A program made the position numbers and the translations under genes. Below the pieces are notes generated by a model. The model was given only the letters and a program-made list of their open reading frames with translations, did not search any database and was not told where the DNA came from. From Anthoceros angustus (lineage: Eukaryota; Plantae; Anthocerotophyta): 64,000 nt of DNA. This document shows, in pieces, positions 24,075 to 34,796 of the stretch. The stretch's first letter is position 1; every line of letters begins with the position of its first letter. The DNA lies in contig VJWM01000135.1 of NCBI GenBank assembly GCA_010909165.1, positions 372,001 to 436,000 on the forward strand. The letters run 5' to 3'.

Positions 24075-24210
24075 GTGCATTGTGCACAAAACCAATCTTC
24101 CTCGGAATGTCGTCAAGAGGTGGTTGAACACAAAACATGTGGTATCCCCTATTGCACCGATCACAAAGAAGCATTACATCATCATCATCGATCGTCCACA
24201 AACGACACTC
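24075..24210 (-). pseudogene. PHD finger (C4HC3) at the C-terminus of the gypsy integrase
   Basis: EC..(C)G..DDDDVMLLCDRCNRGYHMFCVQPPLDDIP(E)EDWFCAQC after correcting two 1-bp indels. Confidence 0.9.
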
Positions 24211-24369
24211 CAAGTCTTTGGGTGGACGCCACATTGTAGGCCGTAGTTGAGGGTCCAAATTGGGTAAGTGGCATGGTGCGCAGTTCTTGAGGTGATCCTT
24301 CCATCTTGACCATCGGATCCTTGAGCTCAAGCACTCCATCTTTGCCTACTACACGACCCGCAAGATGAC

Positions 24370-26585
24370 TCTGCTGGTGGATACCTCCAAGGTGTTGCCT
24401 GGCTTCCGATGCAGGTAGACATAATCTCCAACTTCGAACTTGCGCACCTTGGGTTTCCATGTCCCTCCTCGTGTGTAAGCATAGCGCAGTTGATCCCTGT
24501 GTTGCGCTATGGCAAGGTTCTCCATTGCCATGGGCATGATCCGTTTGAAAAGCTCTGCCCGCCTTTCCAGGTCTCGTAGGCAATCATCCGCATTGCGCCA
24601 ATCCACTGGTGCTTGTAGCCTTGCTTGCCTCACGTTTGGCAAAAATGGTTGTCGCCCATACAACAAGTAGTATGGTGAAAAATTGCTCAAGGTTGCTTGA
24701 TTGCTCACCCTGTACCCTAGCACTAGGTATGGCATCCCTTCATCCCATGTCTTGGTCATTTGTGAGACAATATTTGCGCAAGGCCGCTTGAAGGTCCGCA
24801 CCAAGCGTTCAGAAGTCCATCGGCTTGAGGATGATCTCTCGACGTCGATGATCAATCAAGCTCTGTCAAGCAAGTCTTGAAATTCCCCACGAATTCTTTG
24901 CCACAGTCGGTGAGAACCTGCACATGCTCCATATCGACTAAGAACGGAAGCCAAGAACGCCTTACTGGTAAGCCGAGAGTCACGCTTGGGTAAGATGGCA
25001 ACCTCGCACCACTTGCTGAAATGCTCCACCATTAGCATGACATGCTTGTTTCCAGTACGCGTCTCTGGCATGTATGGCATGAGATCCACACTCCACCTGT
25101 AGAAGAGTCCTCGGATCGGCAGAGAGTGAAGCACAACATCATTGGCTGTGAACCTTGCCTTCACTCGATCGCACACTCGACATTCTGCGACCAGCTTTTC
25201 CACATCTCCATACATCCTTGCCCAAAAGTGTGTGGGCCTGAGCATGCTGTAGGTGCGCTTAGCACCAAAATGCCCTAAGCCTTCATGCACCTGGGTGATG
25301 AGTCTCACCCGGTCCTCCGGCTTGGGTACAATTCTATCTCCATGAGAATCACGGACATACATTATGTCCTCCTTCCAATAGTACCGAGCCACCTTCTCGT
25401 AGCTTGGCCGCTCGAGATGAAAGCCCTTGTGGCAATTCCCGACCTTAGGAAGGTCACCGCTATTGCATCCGCCCGGATGTCCCACGGACTCTGCTGGTGG
25501 ATACCTCCAAGGTGTTGCACGGCTTCCGGCGTGTAGACATAATCTCCAACTTGAACTTGCGCACCTTGGGTTTCCATGTCCTCCTCGTGTGTAAGCATAG
25601 CGCATTGATCCACTGTTGCGCTATGGCAAGGTTCTCCATTGCCATGGGCATGATCCGTTTGAAAAGCTCGCCCGCCTTTCCGGTCTCGTAGGCAATCATC
25701 CGCATTGCGCCAATCCACCGGTGCTTGTAGCCTTGCTTGCCTCACGTTTGGCAAAATGGTTGTCGCCCATACAACAAGTAGTATGGTGAAAAATTGCTCA
25801 AGGTCGCTTGATTGCTCACCACATGCCCTAGCACTAGGTATGGCATCCCTTCATCCCATGTCTTGGTCATTTGTGAGACAATATTTGCGCAAGGCCGCTT
25901 GAAGGTGCACCAAGCGTTCGGCAAGTCCATCGGCTTGAGGATGATCTCTCGACGTCGATGATCAATCAAGCTCTGTCAAGTCTTGAAATTCCCCACGAAT
26001 TCTTTGCCACAGTCGGTGAGAACCTCGCACATGCTCCATATCGACTAAGAACGGAAGCCAAGAACGCCTTCTTGGTAAGCCGAGAGTCACGCTTGGGTAA
26101 GATGGCAACCTCGCACCACTTGCTGAAATGCTCCACCATTAGCATGACATGCTTGTTTCCGATCTGGCGTCTGCATGTATCGGCATGAGATCCACACTCC
26201 ACTGTAGAAGAGTCCTCGGATCGGCAGAGTGAAGCACAACATCATTGGTGAACCTTGCCTTCACTCGATCGCACACTCGACATTCTGCGACCGCCTTTCC
26301 ACATCTCCATACATCCTTGCCCAAAAGTGTGTGGGCTGAGCATCTTGTAGGTGCGCTTAGCACCAAAATGCCCTAAGCCTTCATGCACAGGTGATGAGTC
26401 TCACCCGGTCCTCCGGCTTGGGTACAATTCTATCTCCATGAGAATCACGGACATACATTATGTCCTCCTTCCAATAATCGAGCCACCTTCTCGTAGCTTG
26501 GCCGCTCGAGATGAAAGCCCTTGTGGCAATTCCCGACCTTAGGAAGGTCACCGCTGTGCATCCGCCCGGATGTCCCACGGACTCG
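24370..26585. repeat. Tandem duplication (~1.1 kb x 2) of the integrase region
   Basis: Integrase HHCC/core/GPY segments occur twice; junction GGACTC|TGCTGGTGGATACC at ~25490. Confidence 0.9.
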
Positions 26586-28229
26586 CATACAAAGCGATGA
26601 GTGGAGGGTCTTGACATCCTCATGCGGCATGGCCAACATGGTATCTGGACTACTCTCCCCGGTTGCTCGTCATCCGAATCTTGCACGGCCCCTGTAGTGT
26701 CTTCGTTAGGTAGAGGATTCCTTGACAACCCATCGGCATTAGAGTGAACTCTACGCTCGGTGTTCGATGACAAAGTCATACTCCGGAGAATGAGAGCCCA
26801 CCTCGCCGCCTTTCCGTAAGCTTGGCGTTCGTCATCAACCAATGCAAGGGTTGATGGTGGTGATCGAAATTGATGTCCAAACAATGCAGACGAAAGTGTC
26901 CGATTGCCCACACCGCAAGACATTCTCCTTCATAGGCGAGTAGTTGGACTCACTTTGGTTGTTGCTCCGTGGCATAGGCAATGACATGTTCCTCTTCCTT
27001 GTCATTGATCTGCGCCAAGACTGCCCCTATGCCGTACTTGCTCCAATCAGTGTAAAGTACGAACGGCTTATTGAAGTTTGGATGACCAAGAATTGGCGAG
27101 CTCATGAGTCTACCCTTCAACTCCATGAAATGTGACTCCTCCTCTTGAGTCCAACGCCAAGTCACCAACTTCTTCAACAAGTCATTCAATGGCGCAATCC
27201 TGCTCATCCGTGGAATGAACTTCTAGTAACACCAAACCCAAGAATGCCCTCAACTTCGAGATGTCGTTTGGCACAGGAATGCGCGATTGCCTCCACCTTG
27301 GTGGCATGCGGCGAGATCCGTCGGGCGTGATCCAATGACCCAAGTACAACACCTTATCCTCTCCAAATCGACACTTCCTGGATGGGCCTTCAACCCTGGC
27401 AGCGTCTAGCAAAGGCGCTCGAAGATGTTGTAGATGCTCCTCAAAGGTATTCTGAAGATGATGACGTCATCAATGTAGCACTTGGCGAAATGCAAGTCCT
27501 TGAGCTCATTGTCCATGTACCTTTGGAGCTGCGTTGGCGATGTCTTCAACCCAAATGGCATGTAATTCCACTCGTACAAGCAATCTACGCCCGAGCGCGT
27601 TTTCTTCTTGTCTTCTTGATCTCTACTTGGTGAAACCCTAGCCTCAAGTCCAATGTTGAGAAGAACTTGGCGAGACCCAATGGTGTCGAAGATCTCTTCA
27701 CCGTCGGCATGGGATAGTGGTCATGTGGGATTCGCTCGTTCAACGGCCGATAGTCACCACACATTCTCCTCTCGTCCACAATCCATTCTCATCCTTCTTT
27801 TGGAAGCACGCCGCTCTGCGAGTTAGATCGTCGAATCAGCCCTAGCTTGAGAAGCTCTTGGCATCGATTCTCAACCAAATCCCACTCGGCCTTGCGCCTC
27901 TGCGGAACCTTTGGTTCATCCGTGGTCGTTCTATGTGGAACTTCCCTTTGGTGTACTTCCCCATCTCCATAGCGTGAAAGCAAACACATGTCGCGATGCC
28001 TCCAACAACTCCTTTAGGCGCGTTGATTGCTCTTCAACTCGGCCTGTTAACCACTCATGTGGTGGCTCGGATGGCTTGCACGCTTCCTCTACGTGCTCGC
28101 TCTCCTTGCCTCCAAACTCGCCTTCTCCTGTTGAGATGCGAGTCTTGGAATTCACCCACCGAACCCGCCGCTTCAACCCCGCCTTCTTGGTTTGAAGTTG
28201 GTAAGCGACTCCGGCTAAACAACCAGTCA

Positions 28230-30957
28230 TCATGTTCACGTCAAATGCTTGCCCAAGCAATCGACACCGTTCCTTCTCGGTCACTCCGGTGTCTTCGTGG
28301 CTCGATCAAATCCCATGGCCAACTCCTCTCTGTGGTGTTGGCTCTCCCAAGGCCTCGCCATGTCATCCCACCACAACGCCGGGCCATGGTTCCCGGCGTA
28401 AGACTTGGACTTAGACACAAAGGTTGGCCAAGCCGCCATGGGGTGTCCAGCGTGTTCACAGGAAGTGCGGCGGCTTGTCGGTCTTGATGACTTGTTGGGC
28501 ATGCCTTCCGATGCTAGCACATCCTTGACAACATGATTAGGTCGCTTGGTGAGCGACCTCGCACACTTCAAATGTTCCAAGGGAGCAAGGTTAGTCCACA
28601 TGGACCTCAACCTATGAGCCCTCGAACCAAATTGAGTGCATCCAATAGAAGCTCGACCCAACACTCCTCGGATCGTGGCAAAGTCCTCCTGAACTTGCTT
28701 CTTCACGCTCATGCATCTTGGCACATTCTCCAACATGTATCCACAAGGCCTTTCTTGCCCTTTACGGATCAAGCGCAAGATCCTCATCGTCATAGAACAA
28801 TCTTTGTTCGTGGATCCTTGAGACCTTGACCCTTACTGCAGAGGATAGTCCTTGACACTCCCAACTGCGATGACAAGGTCCACGGTTGCCCAAGACAACT
28901 CAAATGGGACAACCCTATCATGCGAACATCCATCGGTATACGGTAACCCTTCACGACTCCACGTCGGAGGTTAGGTACTCCCCATCAAGTCTCTTACGCG
29001 CACGGACACAATCCTTGCTTTTGGATCCGGGTCACAATGCATGTATCTTCGCACTTTGATGCCAACACGATAATATTTGAAGCGGCTGAATATACGAAGC
29101 CGCTTTGAAACTCGGACCAATTTGAGTTCGCATACAGTCCCAAAACCCATGATTCTTAATGTTCTCGGTTTACGCATTTGGGTCTTGTTACTGCCCGTCG
29201 CGGTTTGGTCCGTTTGGACAAAATTTTGCCTCCAGGTATGGTGCACGGCGCATGTGTGTGGGTGCCGGCATGCCGGCGCCCTAAAAGAAACTCAACTTAA
29301 CTAATATAAAAACTACAATTGGATCTCGAACTCGCGATCTATGATTCTTAGCCGAGTTTTTTACCACTTTACCAACTTTAGGAGACAACAAAACTTTATG
29401 ATATGCAAATAACATATACTAATGAAGGTGCCAATATGCTAGCACCCTATGCTCTTATGCTCCTCCATAGGGCGCCGGCATGCCGGCGTCCTTAAATACG
29501 TTTTCTATGAGCGCCGGTGTGCCTGCGTCCGCATTAACACTAGGGCTTACAACCACTTGTCGTGCACCCATGCACATTATGACTTACATATATTAGGCCA
29601 CGCATCGCTTGCTTGCGCAAGAGAATGAGAGAAAACTTACCACCTTTCACACTTCTGATCACGACGCAGCCTTGGTCGCTCACAAAGATGGTGTCCAACA
29701 TACAAAAAACGTATTCAATTGCTATGACCTCAGAGAAAGATAGTCGCGGCCTACAGACTCGAGAATAGGGAAGAAACTTGGCGTGTCATGTCTCTCTTCT
29801 CCATTCCGATTCAAGTGAAATTTGAGATCATGAATATTAGGGCATGGGTAATTTCAAGCAGCTTAGAAAACCTTTGAAATTTAAAATAATTTCCATGATT
29901 TTGAGTTCAAGTATACAAATTATTAGAATAAGGAATTTAAACCAAACCAATCACTTTTACAACACATACTATGCTCTCATTTTCTCATTTCGATACATAT
30001 ATTACCTATTCCTACACAACATGAAAAGTTCACCTTCAAAGGCGCCGGCATGCGCCCTAGAAGACTTGAACTCAAGACCTCTTATTTCCAACTTTTAAGG
30101 CTTACCACTCCATTAACTTTCCCATGTACAAATAATTGAGGGACAAAGTATATGTTGAATGAGGGCCGCATGCCGGCGCCCTCATGCCCTCATTTTCTTC
30201 TTCTTCTTCATCATGCCCTTATGCTCCCCATGCTCCTTGTTTTGATAGCCATCCGAGAAGCCATCACGGTTCGTGGTTTCTTAGCCACTAGCCTAGGGTG
30301 TCTAACCGATGTTGAGCATCCGAGAAGCCATTACGGTTCGTAGTTTCTCGGCGAAGGAAAGTGTTTGTTGGACGTCCAAAAGACTCATTGCCAAAGGCCA
30401 TGAATCTTGGCGCCGATGCCGCCCAATGCACGTAGCCTTTGAGCATGACTTGGGCGCCGGCATGCCGGCGCCTAGGTGTGTCACTTACGGCGTGTTTAGG
30501 GTCATTCTACCATAATACACATGACATCGACCGTGTCCGGATTGGATGTATAGCACGATATAGAAATAGCCGATGCATTCCCTTCGATGTCACGCAGATG
30601 GTCGCCATGTTCATTTCATCGTTGTTTAACGAATGGCATGCACTAACGACATGGGCATCATTTCCATTGAAAACAATGGTCACTGTAGGTCAAATCCTTC
30701 GCCTACCATTGTAAGCCGCTAAAATATATAAAATTCTCTCGACACCCTAATTGTGTGCCTTCCCAGGGTATGCTCAAATACACATTTCAATGCCCATCGA
30801 AAACCCCTGCTCGTGAGATATTCACGCCAAAAGCCGCTTGATGTATATTCACGTCAAAAGCAGCTTGATGTATATTGACCGCTTCAAATATTATCTTGTG
30901 GCACACTTTATGCCTCCGGCAATCGATGCCTCCAAAGAGTTCCACGAGCACTATGCC
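28230..30957 (-). pseudogene. C5-cytosine DNA methyltransferase domain within gypsy pol, split by a TIR element
   Basis: Motif I GIVLVELFGGI (30957-30925); GIKVRRYMHCDPDPKAR; motif IV VDLVIA(G)WECQGLSSA(G) (Cys 28857-28855); motif VI YMLENVP (28730-28722); motif VIII FGSRAHRLR; motifs IX/X ELAMGF..GVTEKERCRLLGQAFDVN. All collinear. Confidence 0.9.
29061..30902. mobile_element. Non-autonomous TIR element (MULE-like)
   Basis: Imperfect ~35-bp TIRs (GCCA..GATAATATTTGAAGCGG..AATATAC and its reverse complement); near-9-bp TSD CACTTTGAT / CACTTT-AT; AT-rich non-coding interior. Confidence 0.8.
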
Positions 30958-32239
30958 GCCTTCCCGAGGTCGCCATGTGATGACACGGGTGTTTAGGTCA
31001 CAAACAGCTCAACCCTAGGCAAGAACTTACAGTTCTCGGCTCATAGGGCACCGGGTCCTCTTGCACCATCCTCCATGCCTTTTGCACGGCTCATTGCTGC
31101 AGCCACCAGTCCGAGTGACTTGAAGAACCTCCTCCGAGGGTGGTTGCAACCCTAGCTTGTTTTCCTCCTCCTCGTCGAAATCCTCCATCGTCGGGCCTGC
31201 TGTTGTTAGACACACGCCAAGAGGTTCAAGCACGATGGCGGTCCTTCACTACGGCGCCAAACACCGGGTAGACGCTGGCAATGAGGTTCTCATGATCCTT
31301 GCCATGTACCGCAGAGGGATGCGGGCAATCCGTTCATCGGTTTTGCTCCAGCTTCTCCGGCTGGTCGATAGTAGACTGCCTCCGCCCACAAATCCACCAT
31401 GACCTGTGTTTGTACAAAGCGTCCGCCTCCAAAAGAAGACATCAAAAGTGTCGCATCGGTGACCAAGCGGTGTACCTCGACAAAGGTGAAGTCTGCTGTT
31501 CTTGGTTTGAATGAAACCTTCAGCTTGTACCTTGTCACCCCAACACATGCTCCGTGGTCCCACGCCCGGATCTTCCACTTGGTTTCCTTCAACCTTTCTT
31601 GGTGGAGACCCAACGCTTCCTTCACTCTTCTTCCAACGATCACCGTGCTCCTGTCAATCAACACCTCCTTGGTGCGAATCCATTGATTTCAATGTGCCTC
31701 TCCCGATTGTTGACCAAAGCCACTCCCACTGCAAAGATTCCGCTTCTCCACGAGATGCTTGGCCCGAGGTCAAGAATGACATCATTGCCACCAGTGGCAC
31801 ATTGTCGACACTTGCTTCGCCTTCAAGGGTTGTCAACATCCGCCGAGTCAAACCCCGACTTCCTTCACGCCAACCCCATGTCTTGTAGGTCAAACATGGC
31901 ATCTCCGAAGCTTTTGTGCCATCGCTCCGAACTGCATGGGTTTCTCCACATCGCCCACTGACTTTGATGTTGCTCCAGCTGTTCTGCTGGCAATGGCTCA
32001 AACGACTTTGGCATCTTGGCATAGGTTCGGAAGAGGATCCCAAGCTTCCTTCCGTGTCTTCCGTGACCGCGTGTCAAGACATCCTCTTCTTCCTCGAGCT
32101 ATCTTCTCTCGTAGTCAGAGGTTTCTTCCCTTGCCCTTGATCCGGGTCACCGCCATGTATCCAAGCTTGTGCTCATCTTCTTCGCCCTCGATGATGAACC
32201 GCCTCCTTGATCTTCGCCTTCCGCACCAACTTCTCCAGC

Positions 32240-34350
32240 TTTGCAAGGCGTGCCACGTAGCTGTCCATCGCCTTCTTTGATGCTTCCCGCTTTTGTCCAC
32301 GGGACTTGGTGCCTCCTCCACGCGCCTTTGCTCTTCGCCGATTTTGTGGATGAGGTTGACGCAGATGCATTGGCCGGGTTGTTGCTCGATAACCCGTAGG
32401 CCGCAATTCCGGATGCTTCTCCCAACATGCCGCTTCATTGTGCCTGCATTCTCCCACACCTAGGGCATGGCTCCTCACCCTTGACTCCTCCGAATGCATG
32501 CTCGCACTCATGAGGGGAATGGTCCGCCCCTCGGCACCTCACGCAGGGCTCGCCACTTGGCCGTGGGCTTGGGCTTGTCTCGCCGAGCTCCTCCACTGAC
32601 CTCCGCGTCGGTCATGTCGTCCACCACTCCTACTTGTGCCGGAGTAATCACTTGCAACAAAGACGAGAGAAAGTGTCGGCCCTATCTTGTCACCATCTCG
32701 TACACTTCCTTGAGGGTGTAGTGTTGCCCCTTCGTCTTTGTGCACCGCTTGTTGCACCTTCATGCGCATATGGCAATGCCTGTCTGTACCCGCCGGTCAC
32801 TCATGATCTTGGTGTCACGTACAACCGGTCGATTCTTCGATAAGCCATCTTCAGCCTCGCCGACTTCATCTTGAAGTGTGTCACCGGAGATCTTCTCATC
32901 CGTGCTTGCGAAACTCCACGGATTAATTGAAGAGTTTGTCATCACCGGATCGATGACATACCCATGTCTATCCGCCCCCTTATCCCTTGAATCCGGGCCC
33001 AAGAGTAAAATACTCTTGTTTCTCCTTGGTTGGTTGGCCTTAAAGGCCAGCCCCCTGTGGAGGCCTCATTCCTCCTTGGTAGGGGCTTATCCCTTGAATC
33101 CGCCTCTCTCCTTGGCCTTGGGCTTGGGCTTTTGCCTCCTCTCCTTGGCCTTGGGCTTCTTCTCCTTCTCTCCTTGGCCTTGGACTTGGGCTTGCCTCTT
33201 CTCCTTGGCCTTGGACTTGGGCTTCTTGCCTCCTCTCCTGGCCTTGGGCTTGGGCTTCTTCTCTCCTTGGCCTTGGACTTGGGCTTCTCCGGCTTTTGCA
33301 AGGCGTGCCACGTAGCATCCATCGTCTTCTTTGATGCTTCCGTTTCTTTTGTCCACGGGACTTGGTGCCTCCTCCACGCGCCTTTGCTCTTGATTTTGTG
33401 GATGAGGTTGACGCAGATGCATTGGCGGGGTTGCTGCTTTCGATAACCCGTAGGCCGCAATTCGGATGCTTCTCCCAACATGCCGCTTCATTGTGCCGTA
33501 CCTCCACACCTAGGGCATGGCTCCTCACCCTTGACTCCTCCGAATGCATGCTCGCACTCATGAGGGGAATGGTCCGTCCTCGGCACCTCACGCAGGGCTC
33601 GTCACTTGGGTGTGGGTGGCTTGTCTCGAGCTCCTCCACTCGACCTCCGCGTCGGTCATGTCGTCCACCACTCCTACTTGTCTTTGGAGTAATCACTTGC
33701 AACAAAGACGAGAGAAAGTGTCGTGGGCCCTATCTTGTCGACCATCTCGTACACTTCCTTGAGGGTGTAGTGTTGCCCCTTGTGCACGCTTGTTGCACCT
33801 TCATGCATATGCATATGGCAATGCTGCAAGTACTTCTCTGACGATCGGTCACTCATGATCTTGGTGTCACGTACCAGCTGTCGATTCTTGATAAGCCATC
33901 TTCGCGGTCTCGCTGACTTCATCTTGAAGTGTGTCACCGGAGATCTTCTCATCCGTGCTTGCGAAACTCCGGCGGATTAATTGAAGAGTTTGTCATCGGG
34001 ATCGATGACATACCCATGTCTATCCGCCCCCTTATCCTTGAATCCGGGCCCAAGAGTAAAATACTCTTGTTTCTCCTTGGTTGGTTGGCCTTAAAGGCCA
34101 TTATGGAGGCCTCATTCCTCTCTTGGTAGGGGCTTATCCCTTGAATCCGCCTCCTCTCCTTGGCCTTGGGCTTGGGCTTCTTTGCCTCCTCTCCTTGGCC
34201 TTGGGCTTGGGCTTCTTCTCCTTCTCTCCTTGGCCTTGGACTTGGGCTTCTTCGCCTCTTCTCCTTGGCCTTGGACTTGGGCTTCTTTGCCTCCTCCCCT
34301 TGGCCTTGGGCTTGAGCTTCTTTGCCTCCTCTCCTTAGCCTTGGGCTTGG
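32240..34350. repeat. Tandem duplication (~1.05 kb x 2) of the gypsy gag region, including Lys-rich low-complexity tracts
   Basis: GCAAGGCGTGCCACGTAGC at ~32243 and ~33298; GATGACATACCCATGTCTATCCGCCCC at ~32951 and ~34004; (CTTGGCCTTGGG)-type microrepeats. Confidence 0.88.
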
Positions 34351-34440
34351 TCCCCTCTCTAGGCCTCAAGCCTTGGGCACACTTCAGAGAGTCCCTTACC
34401 TACTTGCTTAAAGAGCGAGCGTCGCCTCGCGTAGCCTCGC

Positions 34441-34560
34441 CTAGCACGGCCTAGCATCGCCTAGCATCGCCTAGCATCGCCTAGCATCGCCTAGCATCGC
34501 CTAGCATCGCCTAGCATCGCCTAGCATCGCCTAGCATCGCCTAGCATCGCCTAGCATCAC
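34441..34560. repeat. Minisatellite (CTAGCATCGC) x 12 in the gypsy 5' leader
   Basis: 10 perfect units (34451-34550) plus 2 variant flanking units. Confidence 0.97.
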
Positions 34561-34790
34561 ACTAAGCCTAGCACGGCCTATCTAGCGTACGCACACGAGA
34601 TCATAGCTTGTAACAACAGGAGGGAGTAGCTCGCGCATCGTGGCACAAACACACTCTCCCCACGAGAACAACACGCAAATTCCTCACACATCGCTCTCGG
34701 AGTCATAGCTTTGGCCTCCTCACAACGGTCTTTGCATTGCATATCTAGAGGACAAGCTATGATCCGAGCTTGTCCTCAATGGAAGGGTCA

Positions 34791-34796
34791 TATATA
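34791..34796 (-). promoter_or_regulatory. Putative TATA box of the gypsy LTR promoter
   Basis: TATATA present in both repeat copies (also ~23505), about 30 nt upstream of the 13-mer complementary to the primer site. Confidence 0.5.

Noticed and set aside
29320-30115. tRNA-like A/B-box fragments inside the TIR element
   Set aside because: No cloverleaf can be folded; degenerate motifs only, so no tRNA or SINE called.
32878-34454. Leu/Gly-rich 'membrane protein' ORFs on the plus strand
   Set aside because: Antisense reading of the Lys-rich gag microrepeats.
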